Positions 10,073 through 19,829 of a stretch of DNA of 64,000 nt are shown here, piece after piece. The translations under genes and the position numbers were made by a program. This stretch comes from an uncultured Thermoactinomycetaceae bacterium. Its GTDB lineage: Bacteria; Bacillota; Bacilli; Thermoactinomycetales; CALJVA01. Each line of letters starts with the position of its first letter. Positions within the stretch are counted from its first letter, which is position 1. Location: positions 17,792 through 81,791 of the forward strand of contig CALJVA010000067.1 of assembly GCA_937975135.1 (NCBI GenBank). The letters run 5' to 3'. The notes beneath the pieces are model-generated. The model saw only the letters and a program-made list of their open reading frames with translations, had not been told where the DNA came from and did not search any database.

Positions 10073-10381
10073 ATGATGATCAACGAATCTCCACCACCAA
10101 ACAGCATAATCGATGTACCTGAGTTGAGCGCCTACGCGAAACTTCTTTACATATATCTATTTCTCTGTGCTGACTCCTCTGGACAAGCTTTTCCCAGTGA
10201 TGAACTTCTGTCTGAGAAGTTGAGTGCCTCTGTTCGGACGGTTAAACAAGCAGTTCGAGAGCTGAAAAAGGTAGAGCTGGTCACTGTGGATCGGCTGAAA
10301 GATGGGGAAGGGAATTTCTTTTATCGCTATACCATTAACCCAGAAAAGTTAGATGACCTGCTTCCAAAAGAAGAGGATTAA
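10073..10381 (+). CDS. Small helix-turn-helix domain protein
   Basis: 102 aa from ATG 10073 (GAGGAGGA upstream). Winged-helix-like segment FPSDELLSEKLSASVRTVKQAVRELKKVELV. Confidence 0.5.
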   Translation: MMINESPPPNSIIDVPELSAYAKLLYIYLFLCADSSGQAFPSDELLSEKLSASVRTVKQAVRELKKVELVTVDRLKDGEGNFFYRYTINPEKLDDLLPKEED

Positions 10382-10459
10382 AGGTTTGTAAGTCCAATGA
10401 AGAAGGAGGACGTGCTTACCTTACGAAAGCTTCTTTTATAGGAAAGGTGCTGTTGGCAT

Positions 10460-11008
10460 ATGAGAGGGAACACCGTCTATTTGCGTCCACTTCAACAGGA
10501 AGATATGGTAAGCCTCTACGAATCAACCAAGGATGAAGAGATCCGGTATATGACCGGGACCAGGGCTACCTTTACCATGGAACAACTATATGCCCATTAT
10601 GAGAAGATTGCCAAGGATGATTCACGCCATGACTTTGCGATTTGTTTAGTAGAGGATGACCGGTTGATCGGCGAGTTATCGATCATGGATATTGAACCGG
10701 AGAATCAAAAAGCAGGTTTTCGGATTGCCCTGAATAACAAGAAAGATTTCAATAAAGGGTATGGGACAGAAGCCGTTCAGTTAGCACTAAAATTTGTCTT
10801 TGAAGAGCTTAAGCTCAATCGTCTGCAACTGGAAGTCTACTCCCACAATATACGGGGCATTAAGGCCTATGAAAAGGCTGGATTTAAACGAGAAGGGGTT
10901 CTCCGTGAATCCTTGTACTACAATAATCAATTTTCAGATGAGATCATCATGGGCATGTTACGAAAGGATTATGAAGAACTGAAAAAGATCGGACAACAGA
11001 CGGAATAA
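10460..11008 (+). CDS. GNAT-family N-acetyltransferase (RimJ/RimL-like)
   Basis: 182 aa. VYLRPLQQEDM start motif and GNAT core NKGYGTEAVQLALKFVFEELKLNRLQLEVYSHNIRGIKAYEKAGFKREG. Confidence 0.85.
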   Translation: MRGNTVYLRPLQQEDMVSLYESTKDEEIRYMTGTRATFTMEQLYAHYEKIAKDDSRHDFAICLVEDDRLIGELSIMDIEPENQKAGFRIALNNKKDFNKGYGTEAVQLALKFVFEELKLNRLQLEVYSHNIRGIKAYEKAGFKREGVLRESLYYNNQFSDEIIMGMLRKDYEELKKIGQQTE

Positions 11009-11130
11009 GAGGCCTTGATGGGTCCTCTTTCCTTTTATTCAGTGGAGTTTTGGAATTTATCTAGTGATAAGCCTAAGTTTCCACTCAGTGAAGAACAAGC
11101 AGCAAATTAGCATAAAAAGAAAAAGCATAT

Positions 11131-11478
11131 GTGGCAATATTTTCTAGTGATGATGAGATTAAGTATGTTGTGGAAATTATGTTTGGCCACTATTACTGTG
11201 GGATTAGGTACTTGACCCCTATACAAAAAAGAACTAAAACGGAAGCCTATGTTAAACATCAAGGTGGATTATTCCTAAGAGAAAAGGCATTTCATCATGA
11301 AAATGGAGGTGCAAAGATTACCTACCTATATGAAACAGATGGGAAGTATCGGAAAACTTTGTTTAATGAAGAGGGAGAGATTATCGAACAAACATTTGAA
11401 ACTATCGATGTAACCAGTCACTTTCGGAATAGGATCAATTTGGGAGAACACTATTCCAGTTGTCCAAAAGATGAGTAG
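11131..11478 (+). CDS. Hypothetical protein
   Basis: 115-aa ORF with a GTG start and no recognisable motif. It lies in an AT-rich, gene-poor stretch. Confidence 0.35.
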   Translation: MAIFSSDDEIKYVVEIMFGHYYCGIRYLTPIQKRTKTEAYVKHQGGLFLREKAFHHENGGAKITYLYETDGKYRKTLFNEEGEIIEQTFETIDVTSHFRNRINLGEHYSSCPKDE

Positions 11479-11956
11479 GCCGTGCTGGCCTGGAGGAACT
11501 CTATACGGCGGGATTCCCTTTATTGCAAAACTTGTCATTCAGGGTCTTATCTCTTTGGTAATCTCACCTTCTACTTTTATAACCTGAAGAAGTTTTTGTT
11601 TTTCGCGGTTTCATGGGATCTATTAATTATCTTAAATGCGTTGTTATCGATTTGGTATGTTGTCACGATGTCTAAACAATCGGAGTAGTTCACCAGTTTT
11701 CTGGATGGAAAGGATTTGGTACACTTCTCGTTGGTTTTTTTATAATATCATTTTTGATGGTTATATTTCGCTCCTAGGTTTTTTGATTTTTGCATTAATT
11801 AAGTGAAATATTTAAGATATGTGGAAAACGAGGATGAAAGAGTATTTGTTTTTGAAGGAATCAAGTGATCAAAAAATATGCTCTTAAAAGGCTGTTTTTA
11901 TAGGAGAGTGACATACGATCCCAGAGAAGAAAGAGGCAGGTTGAGGAGGACTTATC

Positions 11957-12231
11957 ATGAAACAATGGGAGAGATGGTATCCTAAAAAAGGAATTCTAGA
12001 GATACTATATCTTCCACACTGAACATGATATGATTGAAATCCTATCGACGTATGAACCGGAGGTAAAAATCAAGGATAATGTTTAAAGAAAGCGTGCAGG
12101 TCTTATCCTTGACGGGTACTAGTTTGGAGAAAGATAGCTTAGCAATTGATGTAGGAGACGATCTAGAAAATTTCACACATGTGAACAAACTTTTGGTACA
12201 AAGAGTGAATCGAGATATTTTCAAGATATGA
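11957..12231 (+). pseudogene. Fragmented ORF remnants (multiple stops and a frameshift) ending at an intact terminator
   Basis: A strong RBS (GAGGAGGA) plus ATG 11957 gives only 21 codons. Downstream pieces MIEILSTYEPEVKIKDNV* and, in the +1 frame, FKESVQVLSLTGTSLEKDSLAIDVGDDLENFTHVNKLLVQRVNRDIFKI* read like one broken gene. Confidence 0.25.
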
Positions 12232-12288
12232 TCAATTTTATTAGAAGGTATGATGCTATTTTTCTAAGTTTGAGTGAGTAGACCTTTC

Positions 12289-12323
12289 AGCCCAGAGTGA
12301 ATTCTCTGGGCTTTGTTTTTTCT
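12289..12323 (+). terminator. Rho-independent terminator
   Basis: agcccagag-tgaatt-ctctgggct followed by ttgtttttt. Confidence 0.65.
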
Positions 12324-12386
12324 CATAAAATAGGAGATGTATCACAGGAATTTATCCATTCTGAGCAATTATCTGCATCAAAAGGA

Positions 12387-12417
12387 TTGACCTTAACGTT
12401 ACGTAAAGGTGTACAGT
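12387..12417 (+). promoter_or_regulatory. MerR-type promoter with 19-bp spacer
   Basis: TTGACC (12387-12392), a 19-nt spacer containing the palindrome ttacgtaa, then TACAGT (12412-12417), directly upstream of the MerR-family gene. Confidence 0.55.
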
Positions 12418-12442
12418 TTTGAATATCGGGAGGTGATCACAG

Positions 12443-13207
12443 GTGGAGTATACAGTGCAAAAGTTAGCCCAATTGGCAGGAGTTAGTACTCGGACGCTAC
12501 GCTACTATGATGAGATCGGCTTACTTAAACCTGCAAGAATCAATTCGTCAGGATACCGAATATATGGTCAGATAGAAGTGGATAAGTTACAGCAAATCCT
12601 GCTTTACAGGGAGCTACGGCTTAGTTTGGATCGGATTAAAAAAATCGTTAACGATCCTTCTTTTGACAAGGTCAGAGCACTGAAAGAACATCGTGAGCAA
12701 CTCCTCGATAAAAGGAAGCAGTTGGACCTTTTAATCGCCAGTGTAGAAAAAACAATTGCTTTTACTGAGGGGAGAATAAATATGACCGACAAAGAAAAGT
12801 TTGAAGGGTTTAAACAAAAGATGATCGATGAGAACGAGAAGAGGTTTGGTAAAGAAATTCGTGAGAAGTATGGTGATGCCGCTATCGACAGATCCAATGA
12901 GAAGGTAAAGAATATGACTCAGGAAGAGTATGAAGAGATGATTCAATTGGAAAGGAAGATGATGTCCACTTTGGCCGAAGCGATAAAACTTGGGGATCCT
13001 GGCAGCGAAATTGCACAAAAAGCTGCCGCTTTGCACAAACAGTGGTTAGCTTATTTTTGGAGCGAATACAGTAAAGAAGCCCATGCCGGCCTAGCTCAAA
13101 TGTATGTGGATGATGAACGATTTCGAGAGTACTATGATGCGAAGCAACCAGGTTCAGCCAGATTTTTACGAGATGCTATACACATTTATACCGGAATTAA
13201 GGGATAA
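12443..13207 (+). CDS. MerR-family regulator of TipAL/Mta type (N-terminal MerR HTH + C-terminal TipAS antibiotic-recognition domain)
   Basis: YTVQKLAQLAGVSTRTLRYYDEIGLLKP...GYRIY (MerR HTH). The C-terminus HKQWLAYFW...HAGLAQMYVDDERFREYYD resembles the TipAS domain. Confidence 0.8.
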   Translation: MEYTVQKLAQLAGVSTRTLRYYDEIGLLKPARINSSGYRIYGQIEVDKLQQILLYRELRLSLDRIKKIVNDPSFDKVRALKEHREQLLDKRKQLDLLIASVEKTIAFTEGRINMTDKEKFEGFKQKMIDENEKRFGKEIREKYGDAAIDRSNEKVKNMTQEEYEEMIQLERKMMSTLAEAIKLGDPGSEIAQKAAALHKQWLAYFWSEYSKEAHAGLAQMYVDDERFREYYDAKQPGSARFLRDAIHIYTGIKG

Positions 13208-13237
13208 AAAACTAACTCAAATGGATAAAAGCAAAAC

Positions 13238-13263
13238 GAGGCCTTACGGCCTCTTTATTTTTC
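13238..13263 (+). terminator. Rho-independent terminator
   Basis: gaggcc-ttac-ggcctc followed by tttattttt. Confidence 0.7.
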
Positions 13264-13416
13264 TATATGGATCAAACCAAACAAAAGTTGACCCTCACTA
13301 ACATTTGTTAGTACTATAAACATACGTTGAGGAGAAAAACTTTTCTCCAATTCGGCTACAGTACAGAGTAGCTGTTTGTATAGGGATTATCACAATAAAA
13401 TGGGGAGGGTAGGGCG

Positions 13417-14547
13417 GTGAAAGCATTAACTACAATGGAGCAGAAAATCTTAGAGATGATTAAGAGTAATCGGTTTATTTCCCAGAATGAATTGGCCCAA
13501 CAGCTGGGAATCTCTCGTTCTGCTGTGGCAGGTCATATCTCGGGATTGATGCGGAAGGGATTTGTTCTTGGCCGCGCCTATGTTTTAGCCGAAGAGGGAC
13601 GGATCACTTGTCTGGGCGGAGCTCATATTGACCGGAAAGCAAGGACACTCCAAAAGGTCCAATATGGCACCTCCAACCCGGTACAAGTGCAGGAATCCTT
13701 TGGGGGAGTGGCCCGGAACATTGCAGAAAACTTGGGCCGTCTCGGTGCCTCAGTTGCTTTGATTACTGGGGTAGGACGGGATAAAGAAGGTGAAGCGGTA
13801 CTGCAATATTGTCGGCAGCACGGTATTGATGTGAGTCAGTCCGCGATTTTCTCTGAGGGGAAAACAGGAACTTATACAGCTATTTTGGATCCTACCGGGG
13901 AGATGGTCCTTGCCTTAGCGGATATGGCGATCTATGATCTGGTGACCTGGGAGGTAATCGAAAAGAAGTGGACTCATCTTGCTGCATCCTCATGGATCGT
14001 AGTTGATACCAATCTTCCAAAGGAAGTGTTAACCCATCTCGTCGCCCGCTGTCATGAGGAGGAGATTCCTCTCTGTATCGTACCCACCTCGGTTCCCAAA
14101 TTGGATCGGATTCCTGAAAATCTGGAAGGAGTCGAGCTATTTATCGGTAACCGGGATGAAATCGCATCCTTGGTGGGAGAGAACGCACCAAGCCGAGAGC
14201 AAGTTCCGGAGCTATGTCAGCGAGTACTGGATAAAGGGGCAAAACAGGTGATATTAACCATGGGCGCAGAAGGTGTCTTTTTCATAGATGCCCAGGGTGA
14301 TAAGGGCTGGTTAACTCCCGCAGTCCAACCGATTGTTGATGTAACAGGTGCAGGGGATGCCTTTGCGGCGGGCGTTTTGTTTGCCTTGAATCAAGGACAA
14401 GAGTTGTCTGTTGCTTGCCGGACAGGGATGAGTTTGGCTGAACTCACTTTACAAACGGAAGAGAGTGTCCACTCCTCCCTTACACGTTCATTGTTAAAAG
14501 AGCGCTTAGGGGAATGGGGAAGTTACTTGAAGGAAACAGAGGCATAG
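13417..14547 (+). CDS. psuK: HTH-fused PfkB-family sugar kinase, pseudouridine-kinase-like (YeiI/PsuK type)
   Basis: N-terminal winged helix (ISQNELAQQLGISRSAVAGHISGLMRKG) plus PfkB motifs GGVARNIAENLGRLG and DVTGAGDAF. Adjacent to psuG. Confidence 0.65.
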   Translation: MKALTTMEQKILEMIKSNRFISQNELAQQLGISRSAVAGHISGLMRKGFVLGRAYVLAEEGRITCLGGAHIDRKARTLQKVQYGTSNPVQVQESFGGVARNIAENLGRLGASVALITGVGRDKEGEAVLQYCRQHGIDVSQSAIFSEGKTGTYTAILDPTGEMVLALADMAIYDLVTWEVIEKKWTHLAASSWIVVDTNLPKEVLTHLVARCHEEEIPLCIVPTSVPKLDRIPENLEGVELFIGNRDEIASLVGENAPSREQVPELCQRVLDKGAKQVILTMGAEGVFFIDAQGDKGWLTPAVQPIVDVTGAGDAFAAGVLFALNQGQELSVACRTGMSLAELTLQTEESVHSSLTRSLLKERLGEWGSYLKETEA

Positions 14548-14756
14548 CTGACGAGGAATGCATTCCTTTAGTCACAGTAGTAGCAGGCAATGAACGTCTT
14601 TCAATTTTCAAGGCCAAAGGAATATTAAGCTGCATAGCGTTTCCTTGCTACAAAAAGAGATAAATTAGTGAAAATTACCTTCACAAGTAATGAAGTGGAG
14701 TAGCTGATCATGTTTTTGGATTAGTCAAATAGAGATTTGCGGAGGGACATTAATTG

Positions 14757-15683
14757 ATGAGCAAAAAGTTCTTGGTATTTTCAGAAGAGGTTGCCCAGGC
14801 ACAAGCTGAAGGAAAAGCCATCGTCGCTTTGGAATCGACGATCATTGCCCATGGGATGCCTTATCCTGACAATGTGAAAACTGCCCTAGCGGTAGAGGAA
14901 ATTGTCCGTCAGCATGGCGCAGTTCCAGCAACAATCGCTATACTTGATGGCAAAATTAAGATTGGCCTATCAGAAGAGGAGATTCAATTTTTAGCCACCA
15001 GTGACCAGGTTGCCAAAGTGAGCCGCCGTGATCTTCCCTACGTCGTATCCACTGGAAAACATGGAGCAACCACCGTTGCAGCCACAATGATCTGTGCTCA
15101 ACTGGCTGGGATTGAACTCTTTGTCACTGGGGGGATTGGCGGCGTGCACCGTGAGGGCGAAAAGACGATGGATATCTCTGCCGATCTGCAGGAGCTAGCC
15201 CGCACTAACGTTGCCGTTGTTTGTGCCGGAGCCAAGTCAATCCTTGACATCGGCTTAACACTGGAGTATTTGGAGACCCATGGAGTACCTGTAATCGGGG
15301 TGCAAACCGATAGCTTCCCCGCTTTTTATGCCCGTACCAGTGGGTTTTCCGTCGATTATCGCTTGGATACACCGGAAGAAATCGCAAAACTGATTCGTAC
15401 CAAGTGGGATCTTGGATTGGAGGGAGGCGTCGTCATTGCCAATCCTGTCCCGGCATCCGATGCCATGGAAGAGAAGCAGATTGAAGAAATGATTGCCAAA
15501 GCGTTGGAGAAGGCCAAAGAACGGAATATTACGGGGAAAGGGGTTACCCCATTTTTGCTGGATCAAGTGAAAGAGTTAACCGGCGGGGCCAGCTTGAAAA
15601 CGAACATTGCTCTTGTCAAGCATAACGCCCGTGTCGGTGCCGAGATTGCAGTCCAGTTGCAGAAAAAAGTGGGCTCAATTTGA
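14757..15683 (+). CDS. psuG: Pseudouridine-5'-phosphate glycosidase
   Basis: Conserved IndA/PsuG blocks: [67 protein letters not shown]. Confidence 0.9.
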   Translation: MSKKFLVFSEEVAQAQAEGKAIVALESTIIAHGMPYPDNVKTALAVEEIVRQHGAVPATIAILDGKIKIGLSEEEIQFLATSDQVAKVSRRDLPYVVSTGKHGATTVAATMICAQLAGIELFVTGGIGGVHREGEKTMDISADLQELARTNVAVVCAGAKSILDIGLTLEYLETHGVPVIGVQTDSFPAFYARTSGFSVDYRLDTPEEIAKLIRTKWDLGLEGGVVIANPVPASDAMEEKQIEEMIAKALEKAKERNITGKGVTPFLLDQVKELTGGASLKTNIALVKHNARVGAEIAVQLQKKVGSI

Positions 15684-16298
15684 GGTATGGTGATCTTGTA
15701 ATCGATAAGGTAAGAAGTGCAGATCGCACCGTATCCTTTGAGTTGCCTCCAGAATCAATTTGGGGTTGTGTTTGTTGAAAGTTATCTGCTTTATATTGGG
15801 TTGCCAGCGCCTATGCTTTTAAGCGATAAAGGGCGTTGGCCCAATTATTTTCCTCACTGAACAATTCCTCATGCTTCTCCTCGATTACTCTTACTATCCC
15901 GCAAATGATTGTTTGAATTTTTTGTAATCTAGTCTTAGAGGAAAGATGACTTATCTAGAAAATATTCGCCGGACGAAAGATTCGAATTCCACCACATAAA
16001 TGGATAAACTTTACCCTTCTATAGCAAAAAGTGAGATGAAAAACATTCCACTTATTAGCAAATACTAACACATATTCTACTAACCTATCAAACAAATAAT
16101 TATATTTCTATATAAATTTTTATGATGAATCAAATGATATCGGCTTTATTGAATCGCTGTTTTCCATAATTGTCATTGTTTTTACTGTACCTGATAACAA
16201 TAAAATAACGATTAAAAGTTAAAAAATATAGATATAATCTAGCTGAGTTTTTTTAATCAATGGTGTTTAATTACTATTCTCAAATGCTTTTTACGGAA

Positions 16299-16327
16299 TT
16301 GACAAGAAAAATATTTTGCCTTAAAAT
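16299..16327 (+). promoter_or_regulatory. Sigma-A-type promoter of the 16.4-23.7 kb operon
   Basis: TTGACA (16299-16304), 17-nt spacer, TAAAAT (16322-16327). Confidence 0.5.
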
Positions 16328-16351
16328 GAGCGCAACGAAAAATAGGAATCC

Positions 16352-16385
16352 AATTCCGAATATCGGAATTATGGGTGTCGGAATT
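16352..16385. promoter_or_regulatory. Candidate operator: perfect palindrome AATTCCGA-ATA-TCGGAATT plus an extra TCGGAATT half-site
   Basis: Palindrome at 16352-16370 and a third half-site at 16378-16385. A further ACGGAATT at 16293-16300 abuts the -35 (its last two bases are the first two of TTGACA). All lie between the promoter and the ATG at 16407. Confidence 0.5.
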
Positions 16386-16406
16386 GTGTAAAAGGAGGAG
16401 AATTAC

Positions 16407-18122
16407 ATGGAGCCAATCTTGAAGCAGAATGATCTTCCTCTGCGTCCGCCTGAGGAAGTCATGAAGCCGGAACGTCTGGGAGCACTCAGATTTACTTCCA
16501 TTAGTTTTAGCCAGAGTATGTTGCGGAAAGTTTTTCGTGAAGGTTGGAAAATTAAGCGGATACAATTCGACTTAGATGACCAGGGGTATGGAGAAGCTTT
16601 ATATTCTATCGAAACCCCCAACGGAGTCTTCTCGTTTATCGTCTTTTCTCAACATGTAGATGATCAAGAGCGAACCGATCGCGTCATCGCACAGAAGTGG
16701 GATGTCACCTTTGCATTGTGTGAGGGATTAATCACCGAAGAGAAAAAGAAACGTCTAAAAGGTGAACTTCCTCACCAAGAGGCAGGACGTGGAGATGCGA
16801 TGGATCTTGTTTGGTCACGAGCAAATCGTAGTACCCGCGTGTTTGAATATGTTGTGGATCAATTAGCAAAGGGAAAACAACCGGATCCAAATATTTTAAA
16901 TCAAGCCGGTTATCTCTTAAGAACCACTGCTGTTTATGGAAACGGGAAATTTGGGATTGCTTCGTATCGAAAGCTAAACCAAGATCATCCTTTTTATGGT
17001 GCTTTCCGGGCACAAATGTTTGCGGTTTGGATGATTCGAGAGTTTAGTTTTGAATTGGTCGAACATATTGCTCGTGCTCGAAGTCCACAAGCGGTGAGAC
17101 TTGATCCGAAATTAAAGCGCTTTCTTGGGATTGGAAATGCGACGGGATTGGGAATGGTGCCCTTCTTGATCTCGCACCCGAAGTTGCTTCATACGTGGAT
17201 TCGATTGCGTGAAAAAGGTCTGGCACGTGTATTACATGTACACGCTTCGAAGGAAGATGGTCAGAAATTACTCGACTACATTGACCGGGGCATTGCTTAT
17301 TTTCGCGAGTCACCCTTTGTTGAACCGAAGGCATTTGCTAAGCCCCAAGAATTAGTTTCTGAACTTCAAATCCTTCGAAGAGTGGTAGAGGAATTTGTAA
17401 ATCAAGGGACGATCGATCAGAAAAAGTCGGACTATCCATGGAAGGAGCTAACGCAATTCGCTAAAAAACGGGTTGGAATCGAGACCCAAGAACTCCTTCA
17501 TTCACTATTGACGGAAGTATACTCAGATTTGCTTTCAGATTTAGGAGAGCAAACAACAATTGATGAAAGGTATGATTTAACCCCTGAAATGAAAATTGGG
17601 GAACTAAAGCACTTAATCCAGACTAGATATGCATGGGCATTTGAGTATGACTTTTCTGATCCCGATGAAATGAAGTATTTCTGGTATCGTTCCCAGGAGA
17701 AAGAAGAACCAAGAATGGGTGAACGGGGAGTTGAGCCGGGAGAAGAAAATGAACTTCCTGTAAATATTGCACAACAAGTACAGCAACTAAGTCGTCAATT
17801 AGAGAATCGACCTAATACAGAAATCGTTGCGAAATTTGTGATTCAGTATCCTGAGTTTAAATGGATTATTCGTCGTATCCAATCTCTTCAGAATGATGAA
17901 TATGCAGAGATTCACGGCAATCTCTTAGCGAAAGGACTCGTTCCAGTCTATCTCTTGCGTTGTAAACTGGCGATTTTCGGAGCAGAACGATTTGATCCAA
18001 AGTCCAATCGTTGGGTACGTGTTACTTTCTTCCAAGGAGCTCCCTTAGTAACCGACATCGGATCTGACTTTAACGACCATTGGTTCTTCCCATTGATTTC
18101 GCAGATGGAGGGTGAGGAATGA
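16407..18122 (+). CDS. Uncharacterized 571-aa protein (no family recognised)
   Basis: Long ORF with RBS AAAGGAGGAG. Its stop overlaps the next start (ATGA at 18119). No motif I can assign. Confidence 0.7.
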   Translation: MEPILKQNDLPLRPPEEVMKPERLGALRFTSISFSQSMLRKVFREGWKIKRIQFDLDDQGYGEALYSIETPNGVFSFIVFSQHVDDQERTDRVIAQKWDVTFALCEGLITEEKKKRLKGELPHQEAGRGDAMDLVWSRANRSTRVFEYVVDQLAKGKQPDPNILNQAGYLLRTTAVYGNGKFGIASYRKLNQDHPFYGAFRAQMFAVWMIREFSFELVEHIARARSPQAVRLDPKLKRFLGIGNATGLGMVPFLISHPKLLHTWIRLREKGLARVLHVHASKEDGQKLLDYIDRGIAYFRESPFVEPKAFAKPQELVSELQILRRVVEEFVNQGTIDQKKSDYPWKELTQFAKKRVGIETQELLHSLLTEVYSDLLSDLGEQTTIDERYDLTPEMKIGELKHLIQTRYAWAFEYDFSDPDEMKYFWYRSQEKEEPRMGERGVEPGEENELPVNIAQQVQQLSRQLENRPNTEIVAKFVIQYPEFKWIIRRIQSLQNDEYAEIHGNLLAKGLVPVYLLRCKLAIFGAERFDPKSNRWVRVTFFQGAPLVTDIGSDFNDHWFFPLISQMEGEE

Positions 18123-19126
18123 TCAAAGATGAGATGCTGTTTATCGATGGGTTACAACTATGTAAGTGGGACCGAGAGTTACTTTTAGATATGCGCGAAG
18201 GGGGTATCAATTGTATTCATGCAAGTATTGGGTTATGGGAGAATGCACGGGAAACTCTAAGTAACATTGGGCAATGGAATCGCTTTTTCCTTGACAATGA
18301 AGACTTAATCCTTCAAGTAAAAAAAGGTGAAGATATCCTTCGGGCCAAAGAGGAAGGGAAAATCGGTGTCATTTTAGGTATGCAAAATGCATCACTTTTT
18401 GAAGATGAGCTTGCCTTGGTGGAGATTTTCAACCAACTGGGCTTAAAAATTGTCCAATTAACTTACAATAACCAAAATTTAATAGGAAGCAGTTGTTATG
18501 AAGAAAACGATCCAGGCCTTTCCCGATTCGGGAAGAATGTGATTGCCGAGATGAATCGAGTAGGCATGCTTATCGATCTTTCCCATTGTGGAGAACGAAC
18601 AACCCTGGATGCCATCAGTGTATCTTCGCGCCCTGTAGCGATTACCCACGCCAATCCGGACTGGATTTATCCAGCCAAGCGGAATAAATCTCGTGAGGTT
18701 CTCCAAGCCCTTCGTGATCATGATGGAATTCTTGGACTTTGCCTTTACCCCTTCTTAATTGGTGGTCCCGATACTACATTGGAAGAGTTTTGCGAAATGG
18801 TTGCTCGTACGGTTGATTTTATGGGAGTTGAACGAGTCGCGATTGGAACCGATTTAACACTAAATCAGGATGAACAATTCTTGAAATGGATGCGGATGGG
18901 ACGATGGACATTTCAAGTTGAATATGGTGCTGGTTCAAAGGATCAGCCGGGATGGCCTCCTTGGCCAAGTTGGTTCCAAAAGCCATCCGACTTTGGTAAC
19001 ATCGCGGAAGGCTTGCAACGACACGGTTTTCATGCGGATGAGGTAGAAGCGATTATGGGTAAAAACTGGCTACGATTCTTTACGGAAAGTTTTAAATCAG
19101 AAAAGGAGTTGAGCCTATGCGTGTAA
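18119..19126 (+). CDS. Peptidase M19 (renal/membrane dipeptidase)-like amidohydrolase, atypical metal site
   Basis: M19-like blocks LIDLSHCGERT, ITHANP, AIGTDL. The N-terminal motif reads FIDGLQL where M19 enzymes have (V/I)DGHxD, and the expected bridging Glu position reads GMQNAS. Confidence 0.75.
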   Translation: MIKDEMLFIDGLQLCKWDRELLLDMREGGINCIHASIGLWENARETLSNIGQWNRFFLDNEDLILQVKKGEDILRAKEEGKIGVILGMQNASLFEDELALVEIFNQLGLKIVQLTYNNQNLIGSSCYEENDPGLSRFGKNVIAEMNRVGMLIDLSHCGERTTLDAISVSSRPVAITHANPDWIYPAKRNKSREVLQALRDHDGILGLCLYPFLIGGPDTTLEEFCEMVARTVDFMGVERVAIGTDLTLNQDEQFLKWMRMGRWTFQVEYGAGSKDQPGWPPWPSWFQKPSDFGNIAEGLQRHGFHADEVEAIMGKNWLRFFTESFKSEKELSLCV

Positions 19127-19815
19127 GCTATCCAGAGTTGCAAGTCCTATGTGAACGAGTTTTACAAGCAAAAGGCTTTCCACTCGGATCCGTAGTGGAA
19201 GGGGCTGAAATGGTTGTATGGGCAGAGGTTGTCGGATCACAGGGACTAAAAAAATTAGTAGAAAAGTTTGATGTGCTGGAAAAGAGTCAGCCGAAAAGGA
19301 TTCAAATTGCAAGTGAGTCTCCACATCTGACAATATTGGATGGTGCCCATCAGACCGATCTCTTAACTGCTCGAGTAGCTGCAGATTTAGCTTACTCTAA
19401 AGCAACCACCAACGGAGTTGGAGTCGTTGAAGTGATCAACTGTCAGGGAAATGACTGGGTGGCGCAAAATGCGTTTCAAGTCGCCAAAAGAGGCATTTCC
19501 TGTATGATCAGTTGGGATAATTATGTAGCAATTGCGCATCCAGATACAGAGCATCCCAGAATCATGAAGAAATCAGAGGCTCAAGAGAATTCAAACAGTA
19601 TTCTAGTCATCTGTTCAAAATCCGCTTATCAGGAAGAAGCAGGACAACAAGTGATTCGAGAACCGCATCAGATCCAAGAGCGTTGGGATGATGCCATTGG
19701 AAATGGACTGGAAGTAGATCCGGATATTTGGAGGAAGTTAGTTGAAAAAGCAAGAGAAATTTTAGTTGAATCAACTGAACTTTCTCGATTAAAAGGAACG
19801 GGTGAACTAGCGTAA
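19117..19815 (+). CDS. Uncharacterized 232-aa protein (weak resemblance to the N-terminal half of Ldh_2-type dehydrogenases)
   Basis: Overlaps the upstream gene by 10 nt and has a GGAG RBS. The resemblance is by eye only (ELQVLCERVLQAKGFP...AEMVVWAEVVGSQGL). Confidence 0.55.
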   Translation: MRVSYPELQVLCERVLQAKGFPLGSVVEGAEMVVWAEVVGSQGLKKLVEKFDVLEKSQPKRIQIASESPHLTILDGAHQTDLLTARVAADLAYSKATTNGVGVVEVINCQGNDWVAQNAFQVAKRGISCMISWDNYVAIAHPDTEHPRIMKKSEAQENSNSILVICSKSAYQEEAGQQVIREPHQIQERWDDAIGNGLEVDPDIWRKLVEKAREILVESTELSRLKGTGELA

Positions 19816-19829
19816 GGAGGGGCTTTTAA

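Noticed and set aside
14554-14567. 14-bp perfect palindrome AGGAATGCATTCCT just after the psuK-like stop codon
   Set aside because: It could be a weak terminator or an operator for the HTH-fused kinase. It is short, occurs once and has no U-tract, so it is not reported as a feature.
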